DNA of 59,725 nucleotides from a virus. Its lineage: Duplodnaviria; Caudoviricetes. The notes below the pieces were generated by a model. The model searched no databases and was not told the origin of the DNA. It saw only the letters and a program-made list of their open reading frames with translations. The stretch lies in IMG/VR virus record IMGVR_UViG_3300012041_000004, positions 1 to 59,725 of that record. One strand, 5' to 3'. Shown here piece after piece: positions 17,968-28,256 of this stretch. Every line of letters begins with the position of its first letter. The stretch's first letter is position 1. Made by a program: the position numbers and the translations under genes.

Positions 17968-18294
17968 ATGAACACCACTAAACCCCCTCTCGAGCGAGTC
18001 ATCGTCAAAAAGACGATTGAACGACTTCGCAAGAGAGGGGGTTGGTGGTTCAAGGTGCATGGATCACCCATGCAGATCGCTGGTGTTCCCGATATCATCG
18101 GTTGCTATCACGGACGCTTCATCGCGTTCGAGTGCAAGCGCGATGCTACCGGAAAGGCCACCGCCCTACAAGCTTACATGATGAAGAAGATCAGGGAGGC
18201 CGGCGGCATAGCCTCCCTGATCTTTACAGCCGAGCAAGCAGAAGCAGTGCTCGACCGGATTGACGAGCGTAGAAGGCTCCGCTCGCCATCGTAA
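17968..18294 (+). CDS. VRR-NUC nuclease / Holliday junction resolvase
   Basis: E..., GVPDII, FECK, Q...AGG. Confidence 0.85.
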   Translation: MNTTKPPLERVIVKKTIERLRKRGGWWFKVHGSPMQIAGVPDIIGCYHGRFIAFECKRDATGKATALQAYMMKKIREAGGIASLIFTAEQAEAVLDRIDERRRLRSPS

Positions 18295-18417
18295 TTACGA
18301 GATCGCCTTGACCAGCGGCATGATGATGTTCTGAAACAGGAACACCGCCGCAACGCAAGCGACCACGATGATGACGATCCAGATGAACAGACCAAGCAGG
18401 CTGTTGGGCTGAGGCAT
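18295..18417 (-). CDS. Small membrane protein, end of lysis cassette
   Basis: MPQPNSLLGLFIWIVIIVVACVAAVFLFQNIIMPLVKAIS. Confidence 0.6.
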   Translation of the reverse strand: MPQPNSLLGLFIWIVIIVVACVAAVFLFQNIIMPLVKAIS

Positions 18418-18418
18418 C

Positions 18419-18706
18419 TCAGGCCTTGGGAACTTGAAGGGCAGGCGGTGTCGGGTTAGAGTTCGCGACCTTCTCGACGTTCGGCTGTTCACCGGGCGTC
18501 ACAACGGTGTACTGCTGACCGACAAGCATGCTCGGTGGCTGGTTCGCCACAAGGGCGATGACACCGCCGGCTACGAGGGTGAAGGCCGCGGTAAGCTGGG
18601 CGACCGCAACTGCATCAGCCCCAAGCAGCAAAGCTGCCAGCGAGAGCAGTCCGATGATGGATGCGATCAACCCCGTCCAGAGGTTGGTGGGCCGTCCCAG
18701 GATCAT
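18419..18706 (-). CDS. Putative holin
   Basis: Two transmembrane helices; GAGGAGG RBS; near the endolysin. Confidence 0.65.
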   Translation of the reverse strand: MILGRPTNLWTGLIASIIGLLSLAALLLGADAVAVAQLTAAFTLVAGGVIALVANQPPSMLVGQQYTVVTPGEQPNVEKVANSNPTPPALQVPKA

Positions 18707-18867
18707 TCGTCCTCCTCTTCTCCCTCGCCGACATCTTCGTCTTCGTCGGCTTCGAGATCCTCGTCGTCGGTGGTGTCTCCATCGGCGTCCTCGACGACCT
18801 CATCCTCTTCGATGACCTCCGGCGCCGCAACCTCGTCCAACTCAGCGGGCAGCTCGTCTTCTGTCAT
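18703..18867 (-). CDS. Extremely acidic 54-aa protein
   Basis: MTEDELPAELDEVAAPEVIEEDEVVEDADGDTTDDEDLEADEDEDVGEGEEEDE; AGGAGG RBS; stop/start coupled on both sides. Confidence 0.7.
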   Translation of the reverse strand: MTEDELPAELDEVAAPEVIEEDEVVEDADGDTTDDEDLEADEDEDVGEGEEEDE

Positions 18868-19568
18868 CACAGTCCTCCTGGGAACTTGGGGGGCTTAGTG
18901 GGGATCATCGCGACTGTGGACGACCAGCCGAGCTTAGTGACGACTGCACGGTAAGCTGCGTTGAGCTGGGTCTGAGTAACGATGTCGAAGGCGACGTTCT
19001 CCGGTCGCGCTCCACTGTCATGGTTGGGCTCGAAGACGAAGCAGTCGTTTCGGATGAATGTTCCTTTCGTGGTTGTCCGTCGGACGAAGCCGAGCAGACA
19101 GTTAGCATGAGAACCGGTGAAGCCAACAAACTGGTTTCTCCCGGCCTTATCCAGTGGACGCGCCCAAGGGCGTGGACGTGTCTGTCCGCCGTAGTGAGCC
19201 CAGTTGGGCCAATCACCATAGCGGGTGGCGAACATGACTGGTCCGATCTTCGAAGCCTTGATGAGCTCGGCCGAAGTCAGGTTGGCCTTGAAGATGTAAG
19301 GCAAGCGAAGGGCTCGGCAGAGCTGCTGGCTCTCGCTCACTCGCATCCCGCGATTACCCGGACCACCACCACAGGGGTGGCCGGAGAGCTTGCTGATCTG
19401 ATCGTGCGTGTACCACTTGCCTGTGTACACGAACGCGATGAACCGCCAGACCGCATGGGTGCAGCCGATCGCACCGTTGTCGGTGCATTCATCATCTGGT
19501 GTGCCGAACTGGCCAAAGGGATGCCGTCGACGGGACTCCTTCAGCTTTTCCAGTAACGATAGAACCAT
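18867..19568 (-). CDS. Putative endolysin, cysteine peptidase (C39/papain-like)
   Basis: FGQ...GC (Cys), SHA (His), FEP (acid) in papain-fold order; lysis-module position. Confidence 0.55.
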   Translation of the reverse strand: MVLSLLEKLKESRRRHPFGQFGTPDDECTDNGAIGCTHAVWRFIAFVYTGKWYTHDQISKLSGHPCGGGPGNRGMRVSESQQLCRALRLPYIFKANLTSAELIKASKIGPVMFATRYGDWPNWAHYGGQTRPRPWARPLDKAGRNQFVGFTGSHANCLLGFVRRTTTKGTFIRNDCFVFEPNHDSGARPENVAFDIVTQTQLNAAYRAVVTKLGWSSTVAMIPTKPPKFPGGL

Positions 19569-19582
19569 TGCCGCCTCCTGTA

Positions 19583-20149
19583 CTACGGACCAGTTAGTGC
19601 GTTGATCACGCTGATGACAAGCCCGAAGACGACCGAGCCGATAGTTATCGCACCTACGATTGCGGCAATGATCATCCCCTGCCCACGAGCCAATCCCGAG
19701 CTTCGAGCAGACGATCCAAGGTCGGTCTTCTGCAACTCGATGATAAGACCCTTGATGTCATCCATTCCGCGTCGATTCTCCTCCTTCCAGGTATCGAAGA
19801 CGCCGATGGTCAGAAATGAAGTGGCCTGTTGGCGCAGTTGATCGCGGAACTCGTTCATCCCCTCCAGCCGCTTATCAACTGCGGCTGCGGCCTTATCTCT
19901 AGCTTCCGACTCGGCTCTGTGGACTTCGGAATGGGCTTTAGCGAGTTGTTCGAGTAGAATCTTGTTAGCTTCTCTACTCTCGTGACGGAGCTCACGTTCG
20001 TAGATCAATGACTGTTCGCGCAGAGCCCGTTCAGATGCCAGACGTTCGGCGAGCAACGCTGGAGTCAGAGAAGATGGGGCCGGACCCGTGATTGGGTCGA
20101 GGTCGGGCATCTCCACACGCTTCCCTCTCTTCTTAGTGTCCGTTGCCAT
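19583..20149 (-). CDS. Coiled-coil protein with C-terminal membrane anchor
   Basis: Heptad-rich region plus hydrophobic C-terminus. Confidence 0.7.
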   Translation of the reverse strand: MATDTKKRGKRVEMPDLDPITGPAPSSLTPALLAERLASERALREQSLIYERELRHESREANKILLEQLAKAHSEVHRAESEARDKAAAAVDKRLEGMNEFRDQLRQQATSFLTIGVFDTWKEENRRGMDDIKGLIIELQKTDLGSSARSSGLARGQGMIIAAIVGAITIGSVVFGLVISVINALTGP

Positions 20150-20351
20150 TGATCTTGCGGCCAGCCATATACCCCACCAGAGCTGCGATGATTACGCTGA
20201 TGAACCTACTGATTGCATCTGCGGCCGTGCTATATCGGGAAGCTTCTCCGATCAATGCCATGTAGAGTAGAGCAACGGTTGTGATCACGATAACGAATGC
20301 GACTACTCCCGCGAGGATCAGGGCGACAACATCCGCGGTTTGTCGGGGCAT
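20133..20351 (-). CDS. Two-TM membrane protein (holin-like)
   Basis: Two hydrophobic helices; GAGG RBS. Confidence 0.6.
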   Translation of the reverse strand: MPRQTADVVALILAGVVAFVIVITTVALLYMALIGEASRYSTAADAISRFISVIIAALVGYMAGRKINGNGH

Positions 20352-20358
20352 GAGATCC

Positions 20359-21777
20359 TCAAGAAAGCATCAATGCGATACCGGCCCACTTGGTAGAAAC
20401 AGCAGCGTTGTCGTTCGTAGTACCGGGTGCGAAGGAACTGGCCCCGGTCAGATCGACCTTGCCAGTGCTGATCCCCCGCGGCCCAAGCGCTCCACCAGAT
20501 ACGGTTACGTCCCAGAACTCGGTAAACCCACCATCCGGTGAGTGGGTAGTGTTGGTCGCGCCGGCGGGTTCACAAGGCATAAAGAAAGCGAGAACAACCC
20601 CTGGAACTCCAGAACCAGTCAATGCGGTGATGATTGGATGGTTGGTTGAAGCTTGATTGTCAAGAACCCGAAGACTGAAGAGTCCTTCAACTCCCTCTAC
20701 TTCTATAACGCCACCGGTGATCTGGTCGGTACCACCGGCATTGTTCATCTGGAAAGCTTGTTCTCCGCCACCGGCAGTTTTGATGTACACTGCCGTCTTA
20801 CCAGCGTTAGGCGTTGCCGAGTCAATCAATCCCTGACCAACTGGTGATCCAGATACATGCGCAAAGCCGGTTGGAGTTGTACCGATCGCGTCACCGCGAA
20901 CAGCACACCAGGCAATCAGAATATTATCAGCAACAGCGGGTAGCGGAAGTACGGGAGAAATCTTTCCGCCCGACCCAGCTGCGTGGTGCTGCTGACGGAT
21001 CGCGGGATTGACCTCGATCTCGTTCAGATAGTCGTCCAGCCCGCAGTGGCCTTCGACGAAGAACCGCTTGAAGTAGGTCTTACCTGCAGAAGCGATAGGA
21101 TTGACGAACAACTCGATGCCATCGATCTGACTGAGGATGTAGTACCCATCCTCATCTTCTATGGAGAACGTAGCATCGTCCGGTTCTGTGGTTGTGTTAG
21201 CCCACAGCCGCACGGCCATGCTCGCGCCAGGTGAGAAGTCTACTGAAACCCAGTAAGACAAACCCGCTTCGATCGAGAAGAAGGTATACGCTGATAGTCC
21301 GAAGTTCTCATCTCTAACTGCGATACCATCGACCGTCGCGCCGTTCCTAGTACCGCAGGAGATATTGATCTGGAGGTATGGAGCGGAAGCACCCTCGGGA
21401 TTGTCTTCGAAACTGATCAGCTTCAACCCGATGATGTGCCTGGTACTGCCAGAGGTCTGCGAAACCGGACTCGCGAACTTCATGTAGATGCGCCCGGGGT
21501 AGTTCATGATGACGGACTTGTTCTCGTCACCCACCCGCATATTCACATCTTCGGCACTAGAGACGGTATTCACATATGCGCCAAGGCTGCTGGATCCGAA
21601 GATCGTGTTAGGTGCCCCGCCATTCGCATATGCGTACCACTGCCACTGAGCTGACTGGGGTCCACTCTCCCAGATCTCAGTGAGTTCCTCGAAGGAACCG
21701 CTGAGCGGATCCGCGCAGCCCGTGACGCTATCACTAATCCTATCAAACGGTTCGCAGATGCGGCCTTGTCGCGGCAT
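20359..21777 (-). CDS. Minor tail / receptor-binding protein
   Basis: Beta-rich, Gly/Ser/Thr-rich; last gene of the tail module; TGATG coupling at 21777. Confidence 0.6.
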   Translation of the reverse strand: MPRQGRICEPFDRISDSVTGCADPLSGSFEELTEIWESGPQSAQWQWYAYANGGAPNTIFGSSSLGAYVNTVSSAEDVNMRVGDENKSVIMNYPGRIYMKFASPVSQTSGSTRHIIGLKLISFEDNPEGASAPYLQINISCGTRNGATVDGIAVRDENFGLSAYTFFSIEAGLSYWVSVDFSPGASMAVRLWANTTTEPDDATFSIEDEDGYYILSQIDGIELFVNPIASAGKTYFKRFFVEGHCGLDDYLNEIEVNPAIRQQHHAAGSGGKISPVLPLPAVADNILIAWCAVRGDAIGTTPTGFAHVSGSPVGQGLIDSATPNAGKTAVYIKTAGGGEQAFQMNNAGGTDQITGGVIEVEGVEGLFSLRVLDNQASTNHPIITALTGSGVPGVVLAFFMPCEPAGATNTTHSPDGGFTEFWDVTVSGGALGPRGISTGKVDLTGASSFAPGTTNDNAAVSTKWAGIALMLS

Positions 21778-22025
21778 CAGGTGCCCAGAGAAACTACCTC
21801 GATGGAACCATTGTTCATGGTCACCGAGATGGGACAACCGGTCTCGATCGGGAACTTATATCCCGGAACCGTCACGCGCGCGAGAGCAGACGATGAAGAA
21901 CCCAGGGACAGCGACACTAGAACATACTGACCGACTCCATCATAGTCCTCGGCCAGGTAGGCTCGTTTGATCTCACGGGGTGCTGCATTCTGCGCAACAT
22001 CCCGGACCATCCGCTTTACGCTCAT
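21777..22025 (-). CDS. Small tail-tip protein
   Basis: Coupled to both neighbours; short beta-strand protein after the hub gene. Confidence 0.55.
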   Translation of the reverse strand: MSVKRMVRDVAQNAAPREIKRAYLAEDYDGVGQYVLVSLSLGSSSSALARVTVPGYKFPIETGCPISVTMNNGSIEVVSLGT

Positions 22026-24655
22026 GTGAGCGGGCTCATGGTGTACTTCACGTCTTGCCTCGGCTCTGTGGATTGGTTGATCTCGATCTCCATCTGGTCG
22101 ATACGAAGATCATAGGAGTTGCCAGCTCCATCAATCCAGGTCACGCCATCCAGTCGCCACAGGTCCAGGTAGAGGCGAGATGTACCCTCGTACTTGGTCC
22201 CTACCACTCCGCGGCGAATTTCTTCCTCGGCTCGTTCGACAACCTTCTCGTGTGTGTCCAGAGCGGGAATGTCGAAGTAAGCTACCATCTGACGACCGCG
22301 CTGTCGGGTATCCGGCCCATCAATCGCGGTGTAGGAATCTTCATTCCCGTCCACAAGGGCTAGGTTCACGCGTTGGCCGAACTGCTCGGTCTGTGCGAAT
22401 CCCAGAGAGTCGTTCTCGATGGTACGGACGATGCTTAGATCCTTGAACTGCCCGATGATGATCGAGCCGTTCTGCCAGACCAATTCCAGTTTGTACTGCT
22501 CCAGCAGATACCTCAAAGCATCGCGCGGGGATTTGATGTCAGTCTGCGGACCCCAGACAACCGCAACCTGAGGGGCTTCGCCACCCGCAATCGTCACATC
22601 GTGGAAATCGCCAGCAGCAAGTGCGGTTCTGATAAGTTCGTCGGTGGTGACGTTCGTATCCCAGGTCGTCAGATTGAACAGGTCAGCGGACATCGTGGTC
22701 ACGCTGGTGGAGAAGTACCTGATCCCGACATAACCCGGGTACACACTTGGAGTTGTCTCGTTGTGCGTGATCCGCAGCGTACCGTTCAGATAGATATAGT
22801 GGAACCCGAACTCTGTGATGACCTGGATCGTTGGGTTCGTCGGCGTGCTGCCGATCGCATAAGTAGCGAGCTGAGTCTGAACCCCAGCACGGATGCGGAG
22901 CAGGTTCAGGTTACTCCCATTCACCTGAGCCCAGTAGTAGTTCGAACCATTCTTGTATCGATAGACGATGCCGAACCGCTTGCCCGACATCGAGCCACCC
23001 TTGAACCGGACGGAAGCCGTGAAGTTGTGGCCCTTCCATCCAGTGTAGAGAGCGACATGAACTCGAGAAATCTTAGTCACGCGGTAGACGATTGCAGTAA
23101 CCTTGCCCGCGCTATTCGTAGTGCGAAGGAACGTAGGTCGACCACCGCGCAGGTAGTAGTTGAACAACTTGTTCCGTCGGCCAAGATACCAGTCATTGAA
23201 CTGGACCTTGCCGGGGAAGTTGAAGATGTCTCGGAATGGGTTCGCCAGTCGCTCTGTCAGATCATAGCACGACAGGGCGATACGAGAAATCGAGCCTTCG
23301 ACTTCCTTCTTAGCGGCTTTCACCCACCAGGCATTCAAGTCCGCGAACTGGTAGGCACCAGTATCCGTCTTCATCCCTGGGCGGATGGTGATCTCTCTAT
23401 CAGAGAGGTCAATCAGGTTGTCGTTGACCCCGGCTGGGTTCGCAACCGTGAGCGCAGCCCCGCCCTCGTCGCTGATTGATGCGAGAGTCATCGTAACGTT
23501 GGGAACGTAGTCGGAGATGTCATAGGTGAGCACTGCCACAGGGCGGCGCCAGACAGCTCCGTTGTTAGCAACGTAGAGATAGCCGCTCCGCTCGACGACA
23601 GCGATGTTGGTCGGCATCATATCATCGAAGCCGATCGCGACAGGCTCGGACCAGTGGAGCAGATCCTTCGTCCGCTGCCAGAACAGGGTTGAGATTGCGA
23701 TGGCATCGTCGCCATCTGCATCCGTCCGGTTCTCACCATAGAACAGGTAGTAAAACCCGTCTGTGCACGAGAGCAGGTATGGATCAACAATCATGTTAGT
23801 TCCGGCCTGACCACCGAAACCGCGAACCAGACGTGGCGCGACTGTGGGATCACCCCCAGATGAAGAACTGGCCGCGAACGTACTGGTCATCGACTCGGCG
23901 ATGGTAAGGTCCCTGGGATCAGTGAAGAAGCCAGCAGACTGGACGCGGAAGATGCGTCCGTCACTAATCTCCTGAGCCGCGATCTGGGTGCGGCGCCAAC
24001 GATAGTTCCACCGGTCGTCGACGCTAGTACCAGCTTCCACATCGGCGATGTATCGCAGGTCCATGATCCGCCGGGAGTCTAGCCCATCGACCCCGATCTT
24101 CGTGACGAACAGTGCATCCATCTGTCCGATGACGGGGAAGATCTCGATGATCCCAGTTACAGATACCTTGAGGACGTTATTCTTATAGACCCCGTCGCTC
24201 TTCGCACTGTACACGTGATACGTAGACGCGGTCGCAGGCATCACCGCGACGGCATAGTGTGTCCCACTATAGAGTAGGGACCAAGATGTCCACTGGGAAG
24301 CATTCGTAGGGTCGGTGATTTCCTGTACGTAGATAGAACGGCTAGAAGCCGTACCATCTCCATTGCGAACCCTAATGATGTTACCATTCCCGAGGACGCA
24401 CATGGACATGCGAAGGCGATACTGATAGTACGGCTGAGTTGTAGCAGAAACTCCAGCTACAAACAGGGAACCATTGTAGAGGCCGGTGCCAGCGATGTAT
24501 TCCCAGTTGTTCAGCTGACGATCAATGACCTGGATCTCCAAGCCAGTCTGTCGAGTTGCAATTTCCTGTGCAACCCCAAGTGCGGAGTCGATGCGGCCAT
24601 AGATCGCATCGGCATCTCCATACAGGGAGCCGTCGTTGTAGATCGTCTGGCTCAT
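22022..24655 (-). CDS. Tail tip / baseplate hub protein with inserted ConA-like beta-sandwich
   Basis: 877 aa, downstream of the tape measure; internal FGIVYRY..NYY...YLNG...GYVGI segment. Confidence 0.65.
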   Translation of the reverse strand: MSQTIYNDGSLYGDADAIYGRIDSALGVAQEIATRQTGLEIQVIDRQLNNWEYIAGTGLYNGSLFVAGVSATTQPYYQYRLRMSMCVLGNGNIIRVRNGDGTASSRSIYVQEITDPTNASQWTSWSLLYSGTHYAVAVMPATASTYHVYSAKSDGVYKNNVLKVSVTGIIEIFPVIGQMDALFVTKIGVDGLDSRRIMDLRYIADVEAGTSVDDRWNYRWRRTQIAAQEISDGRIFRVQSAGFFTDPRDLTIAESMTSTFAASSSSGGDPTVAPRLVRGFGGQAGTNMIVDPYLLSCTDGFYYLFYGENRTDADGDDAIAISTLFWQRTKDLLHWSEPVAIGFDDMMPTNIAVVERSGYLYVANNGAVWRRPVAVLTYDISDYVPNVTMTLASISDEGGAALTVANPAGVNDNLIDLSDREITIRPGMKTDTGAYQFADLNAWWVKAAKKEVEGSISRIALSCYDLTERLANPFRDIFNFPGKVQFNDWYLGRRNKLFNYYLRGGRPTFLRTTNSAGKVTAIVYRVTKISRVHVALYTGWKGHNFTASVRFKGGSMSGKRFGIVYRYKNGSNYYWAQVNGSNLNLLRIRAGVQTQLATYAIGSTPTNPTIQVITEFGFHYIYLNGTLRITHNETTPSVYPGYVGIRYFSTSVTTMSADLFNLTTWDTNVTTDELIRTALAAGDFHDVTIAGGEAPQVAVVWGPQTDIKSPRDALRYLLEQYKLELVWQNGSIIIGQFKDLSIVRTIENDSLGFAQTEQFGQRVNLALVDGNEDSYTAIDGPDTRQRGRQMVAYFDIPALDTHEKVVERAEEEIRRGVVGTKYEGTSRLYLDLWRLDGVTWIDGAGNSYDLRIDQMEIEINQSTEPRQDVKYTMSPLT

Positions 24656-24658
24656 GGG

Positions 24659-25330
24659 TTACGGCTCGCGGAAGACGAAGATGACCGTCAGATCCTGCCC
24701 CGGATCGTTGGAACCCACTGCGTCCACATCGGTTGTGATGATAACACCCGACGGGAACGTGACGTAGTTCGGGCTCGCGTTCATGTACAACGTGGCCTGT
24801 GGTGCGAAGATCGGGCGGAAACCCTGGGATGCGACGTAGATCGAGGTCGGTCCGACGTTCACGTCGATCGCCGCGGTGGCACCCGAAGCTCCACGTCGAA
24901 GGTTGCCCGACAGGCTTTCCAGAACCAGAGTCCTGGGAAGCGTGAACGGGGCCAAGGCGTTGGCTGCCACAGCGGGGAGACTGCCCTGATGACGCAGTGT
25001 GTGAAGATACCGGGGTGGGATTGCTAGATGATCTGCGAGGGTCAAGCCGCTCGGTTGTCCACCGGACGGAACCATGATCACGCTAGCGTTGATCAACTGA
25101 CCCTGTCCGGAAGCTCCATTGTGACCATGGCTGTTGGTCGCGCTTCCGAGGCGATAGTCAAGTGCTGTCGGCGAGGTTGTGTGATGGATGCCGACCTTCG
25201 TCTCGACAGCCTTCATCGCCTCTTTTAGGTTGTTGTGATGCGCTGCCACCAGCGAGGTGACGCTATCCGTCACATTGATGAGGGCGGTATCATCATCCAG
25301 TGAGGTGGGGAAGTTGCTCTGGCCGGCCAT
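24659..25330 (-). CDS. Minor tail protein
   Basis: FPTSLD N-terminus, A.HHN.LK.A..AVETKVG, C-terminal DVDAVGS..PGQDLTV. Confidence 0.65.
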   Translation of the reverse strand: MAGQSNFPTSLDDDTALINVTDSVTSLVAAHHNNLKEAMKAVETKVGIHHTTSPTALDYRLGSATNSHGHNGASGQGQLINASVIMVPSGGQPSGLTLADHLAIPPRYLHTLRHQGSLPAVAANALAPFTLPRTLVLESLSGNLRRGASGATAAIDVNVGPTSIYVASQGFRPIFAPQATLYMNASPNYVTFPSGVIITTDVDAVGSNDPGQDLTVIFVFREP

Positions 25331-25770
25331 CAGGTAGCTTCCTCAAATTCAACTACGACAGCCCACTCCAGCTTGTCGTTCACATTGGCGGGAAATGCGC
25401 GGAAGTTCCGCTCTAGGTTAGTGCTCCAGTGAACTGCATAGGTTCCATCTGGCGCGACCATACCCAGAACTCCCGGGTACGCCCACATCTCCTGCAGGCG
25501 AGAGTACTGCATCCCGGCCGTCGCACCCAGTACCGCCTGGAAAGCTTCCTCACAGGCAATGGTGAACGGCGGCCACTTCTTGAACCCAGGCCCGTTATCG
25601 TAAACGTACTTGAACCGTCCGTTCTGATTGTGGACGATGTCGTACTCGATAGAACGGTCCTGGGCGGGCGGAACATATTCCTTCGAGAAGAAGGCGTACG
25701 TCGCCGCGGCTGTGGCTCCTGATGGACCCACATAGGTTGCGTGCGAAAGAGTGATCAGGTTGGGGTTCAT
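25330..25770 (-). CDS. Distal tail (Dit-like) protein
   Basis: Immediately after the tape measure; size and beta pattern. Confidence 0.55.
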   Translation of the reverse strand: MNPNLITLSHATYVGPSGATAAATYAFFSKEYVPPAQDRSIEYDIVHNQNGRFKYVYDNGPGFKKWPPFTIACEEAFQAVLGATAGMQYSRLQEMWAYPGVLGMVAPDGTYAVHWSTNLERNFRAFPANVNDKLEWAVVVEFEEAT

Positions 25771-28256
25771 CCGAGTGCCGCCTCGACAGACTTCTCAACC
25801 ATCTTGCCAAACGCGTAGCGATCACGCAGGGGGTTCTCTGATGCATACAGGTTGAATGGCCCGACTTGCTGAACTCCCGCCTTCTGGCCCTGGAGGATCT
25901 TTGCCACGTTATGAGAAAGGATCACTCCGATCTCAGTGCCCTCTTCACCGTGACGAATGTTAGATCCGAACGGCGAATTGGAGTTCTTGAGATCAATGAT
26001 ACCACCGCTAGCGAAGGGTTGTGCAGCTCCACCGGGTTTTGATAGTGCAGCACCGCCGAAGACATCTCGACGCTGACCTTGGAACTGCTTGATCAAACCA
26101 TTGATCTTAGCTAGCAATCCAGCAGCAATCGAGGGTGGAAGACCGAACCCGTCCACAAGGGCCTGGATCGTAGCCTTCGCTCGCTGATAGCCAGCGATAC
26201 GACCGGATACGATGTTCAATTCTTCGAGGGTGTCCATCCCACGGATGGCAGCTCGAGTCTCAGCGAGTGCCGAGTCGCTGACGAGCTGTAGTGCTTCTCG
26301 GGCTGCCTTCTCCCTCGCATTCTGCTCGGCCTTGAGAGCCTTCTTCTTGGCTGCAAGGGCTGCAGCATCGGCCTTCCTACTGGCTTCAAGCTGCTTGCGA
26401 AGAGCATCATTGTTAGAAGCGCTGTCTTGCTTGCGAAGTGCATCTCTCTTACGGTTGGCAAGTTCTTGAAGTGCAATTTCATCTTCAAGAACTTGCTTGC
26501 GGTCGCTCAGAGCATCAATCTGGTTCTGCCGTCTAAGATCATCTTCCTCAGCCAGGAGCTTCCTATTCTCCTGTGCCCGGCGCTCGAGGAAGGGCGAGAT
26601 CCCTTCACCTTCGTTGCGCGTAATCTCCTGACTCTGGCGGTAACGGAGATCCAGCAATGCGTTGATCTTTGCTTGCTCGCGGCCCTCACGCTGGAGAGCA
26701 GCAATCTTGGCTTCGATCGCCACAAGGAGGAACTTGCCAGAGTACCTCTCAAGGTTGATGTTGGTACCGAGAAGTCGCAGCCGCATCTTGAGGAGAAGAA
26801 GTGCCCGCTCCTCTGCGATGTTGGCCAGCTCCCGCTGCTTAGCACCCCCATCGCCCCCACCACCCGAACTCGCATTGTCGAGTTGCTTCTGGAGACGTCG
26901 AGTTCTAGCAGACTCCCCAGTTCCAAGAGCATCCAGCCGTGCAGCGAATGCACTATCTTGTCGGCCAGTTGCCGCATTGAGTGCATCAGAGATCTGCTGA
27001 GCCGCGATAGACATGATAGCCGCGGCACTAGCAGCTGCTTGTGCCTGAGCTTCCATAGCCCGTGCGTTTTCATATGCTACGTTGGTGGCGATCTGCGTAG
27101 CACCAGACAGCTGCTGCTGTGCAAGGACTAGAGCATCAATGCCGTTGATCTCCTGACGAACCAGCACCAGTGCACTGCTTCTGCCAGAAGATTGTGCCAT
27201 GTAGATGTCTCTGAGAGTGCCTTCTCGCTTTGCTTGATCAACCAGCTTTTCAGCGAGTTTTTGAACCTGTTCCTTTTCAAACGTGGTATTGTGGGCTGCT
27301 ACTTCACGAGCGGCATTGAGTTGATTGAGCTGATCAATGGCGATCTGGCGAGCTGCATTCTCAGCAAGCAGAATGGCGAGATTTCCGCCCTGCGTTCCGG
27401 GCGTAACATCAACACCAGACTTCTTCAGAAACTCTTCAGCAGCTTGCAGTTGAGTGATGTTCTTCTGGTTAGCAATCTCATTGATTGCTTTGGCTAGACC
27501 TTGGACTTCTTCTCTCGCATGCCGAGCGGGATCAATAAGATCCTGAATCTTGTCACCGACAAGTTCAAGACCCTTCTCAGCTGCAGCGAACCCAAGGCCC
27601 AGAACCGCGCCACCGAAGATACCACCGATCGCGCCAATGGCAAGTCCAGAAAGCTTGGGAACCAGGTTGGCCCGCACCTGCTGGATCTTAGTCAGTTGGC
27701 CCTGCGTGTTCGCCGCCTGACGAGCACGAGCTTGGGCCTTCTCTTCCGCTGTGGCAATGCGATCGACCAGGACCGCTTCCTGCTTACGCAGATTATAGCG
27801 GTTCGTGATGTCGGTAATCTCGTGACGGGTGAACCCCTGAGCCTTCAACAGACTCTGCAGGTTCCTCTCGGAAGCTGCAAGTGCGGCCTTGCCAGTTTTG
27901 GTGCGAGTGCCCTGCAATGAATCCTGCAGACGGATTTCCTTGCGGGTCGCAGCATCTGCCCGACTACGAAGATTGAGGTCAACGTTGTGGAGCTGCTTCC
28001 TGACTGCGGCAAGCTTCTTCTGCCGCGCCTCGTCCTCACTAGCTAGCAGCTTCGACTTGGTTTCAATGTCCTCAAGATCACTCTCGAGGTCCTTGATGGC
28101 ATTCTCATCGTAGGTCGTCAGGAACTCAACCAGGATGCGAAGACCACCGGCAGCCGTACCTCGCGCGCCACCTACAGCGCCGAGGGATGTAAGAGCAACT
28201 CCGCTCTGAGCGAGCTTAGGGTTATTCTTAGTGGAGAAACTCACGCTCGCAGCCAA
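25767..28256 (-). CDS. Tape measure protein
   Basis: 829 aa, Ala/Gln/Leu helical, hydrophobic segment, FASGGI motif near the C-terminus. Confidence 0.85.
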   Translation of the reverse strand: MAASVSFSTKNNPKLAQSGVALTSLGAVGGARGTAAGGLRILVEFLTTYDENAIKDLESDLEDIETKSKLLASEDEARQKKLAAVRKQLHNVDLNLRSRADAATRKEIRLQDSLQGTRTKTGKAALAASERNLQSLLKAQGFTRHEITDITNRYNLRKQEAVLVDRIATAEEKAQARARQAANTQGQLTKIQQVRANLVPKLSGLAIGAIGGIFGGAVLGLGFAAAEKGLELVGDKIQDLIDPARHAREEVQGLAKAINEIANQKNITQLQAAEEFLKKSGVDVTPGTQGGNLAILLAENAARQIAIDQLNQLNAAREVAAHNTTFEKEQVQKLAEKLVDQAKREGTLRDIYMAQSSGRSSALVLVRQEINGIDALVLAQQQLSGATQIATNVAYENARAMEAQAQAAASAAAIMSIAAQQISDALNAATGRQDSAFAARLDALGTGESARTRRLQKQLDNASSGGGGDGGAKQRELANIAEERALLLLKMRLRLLGTNINLERYSGKFLLVAIEAKIAALQREGREQAKINALLDLRYRQSQEITRNEGEGISPFLERRAQENRKLLAEEDDLRRQNQIDALSDRKQVLEDEIALQELANRKRDALRKQDSASNNDALRKQLEASRKADAAALAAKKKALKAEQNAREKAAREALQLVSDSALAETRAAIRGMDTLEELNIVSGRIAGYQRAKATIQALVDGFGLPPSIAAGLLAKINGLIKQFQGQRRDVFGGAALSKPGGAAQPFASGGIIDLKNSNSPFGSNIRHGEEGTEIGVILSHNVAKILQGQKAGVQQVGPFNLYASENPLRDRYAFGKMVEKSVEAALG

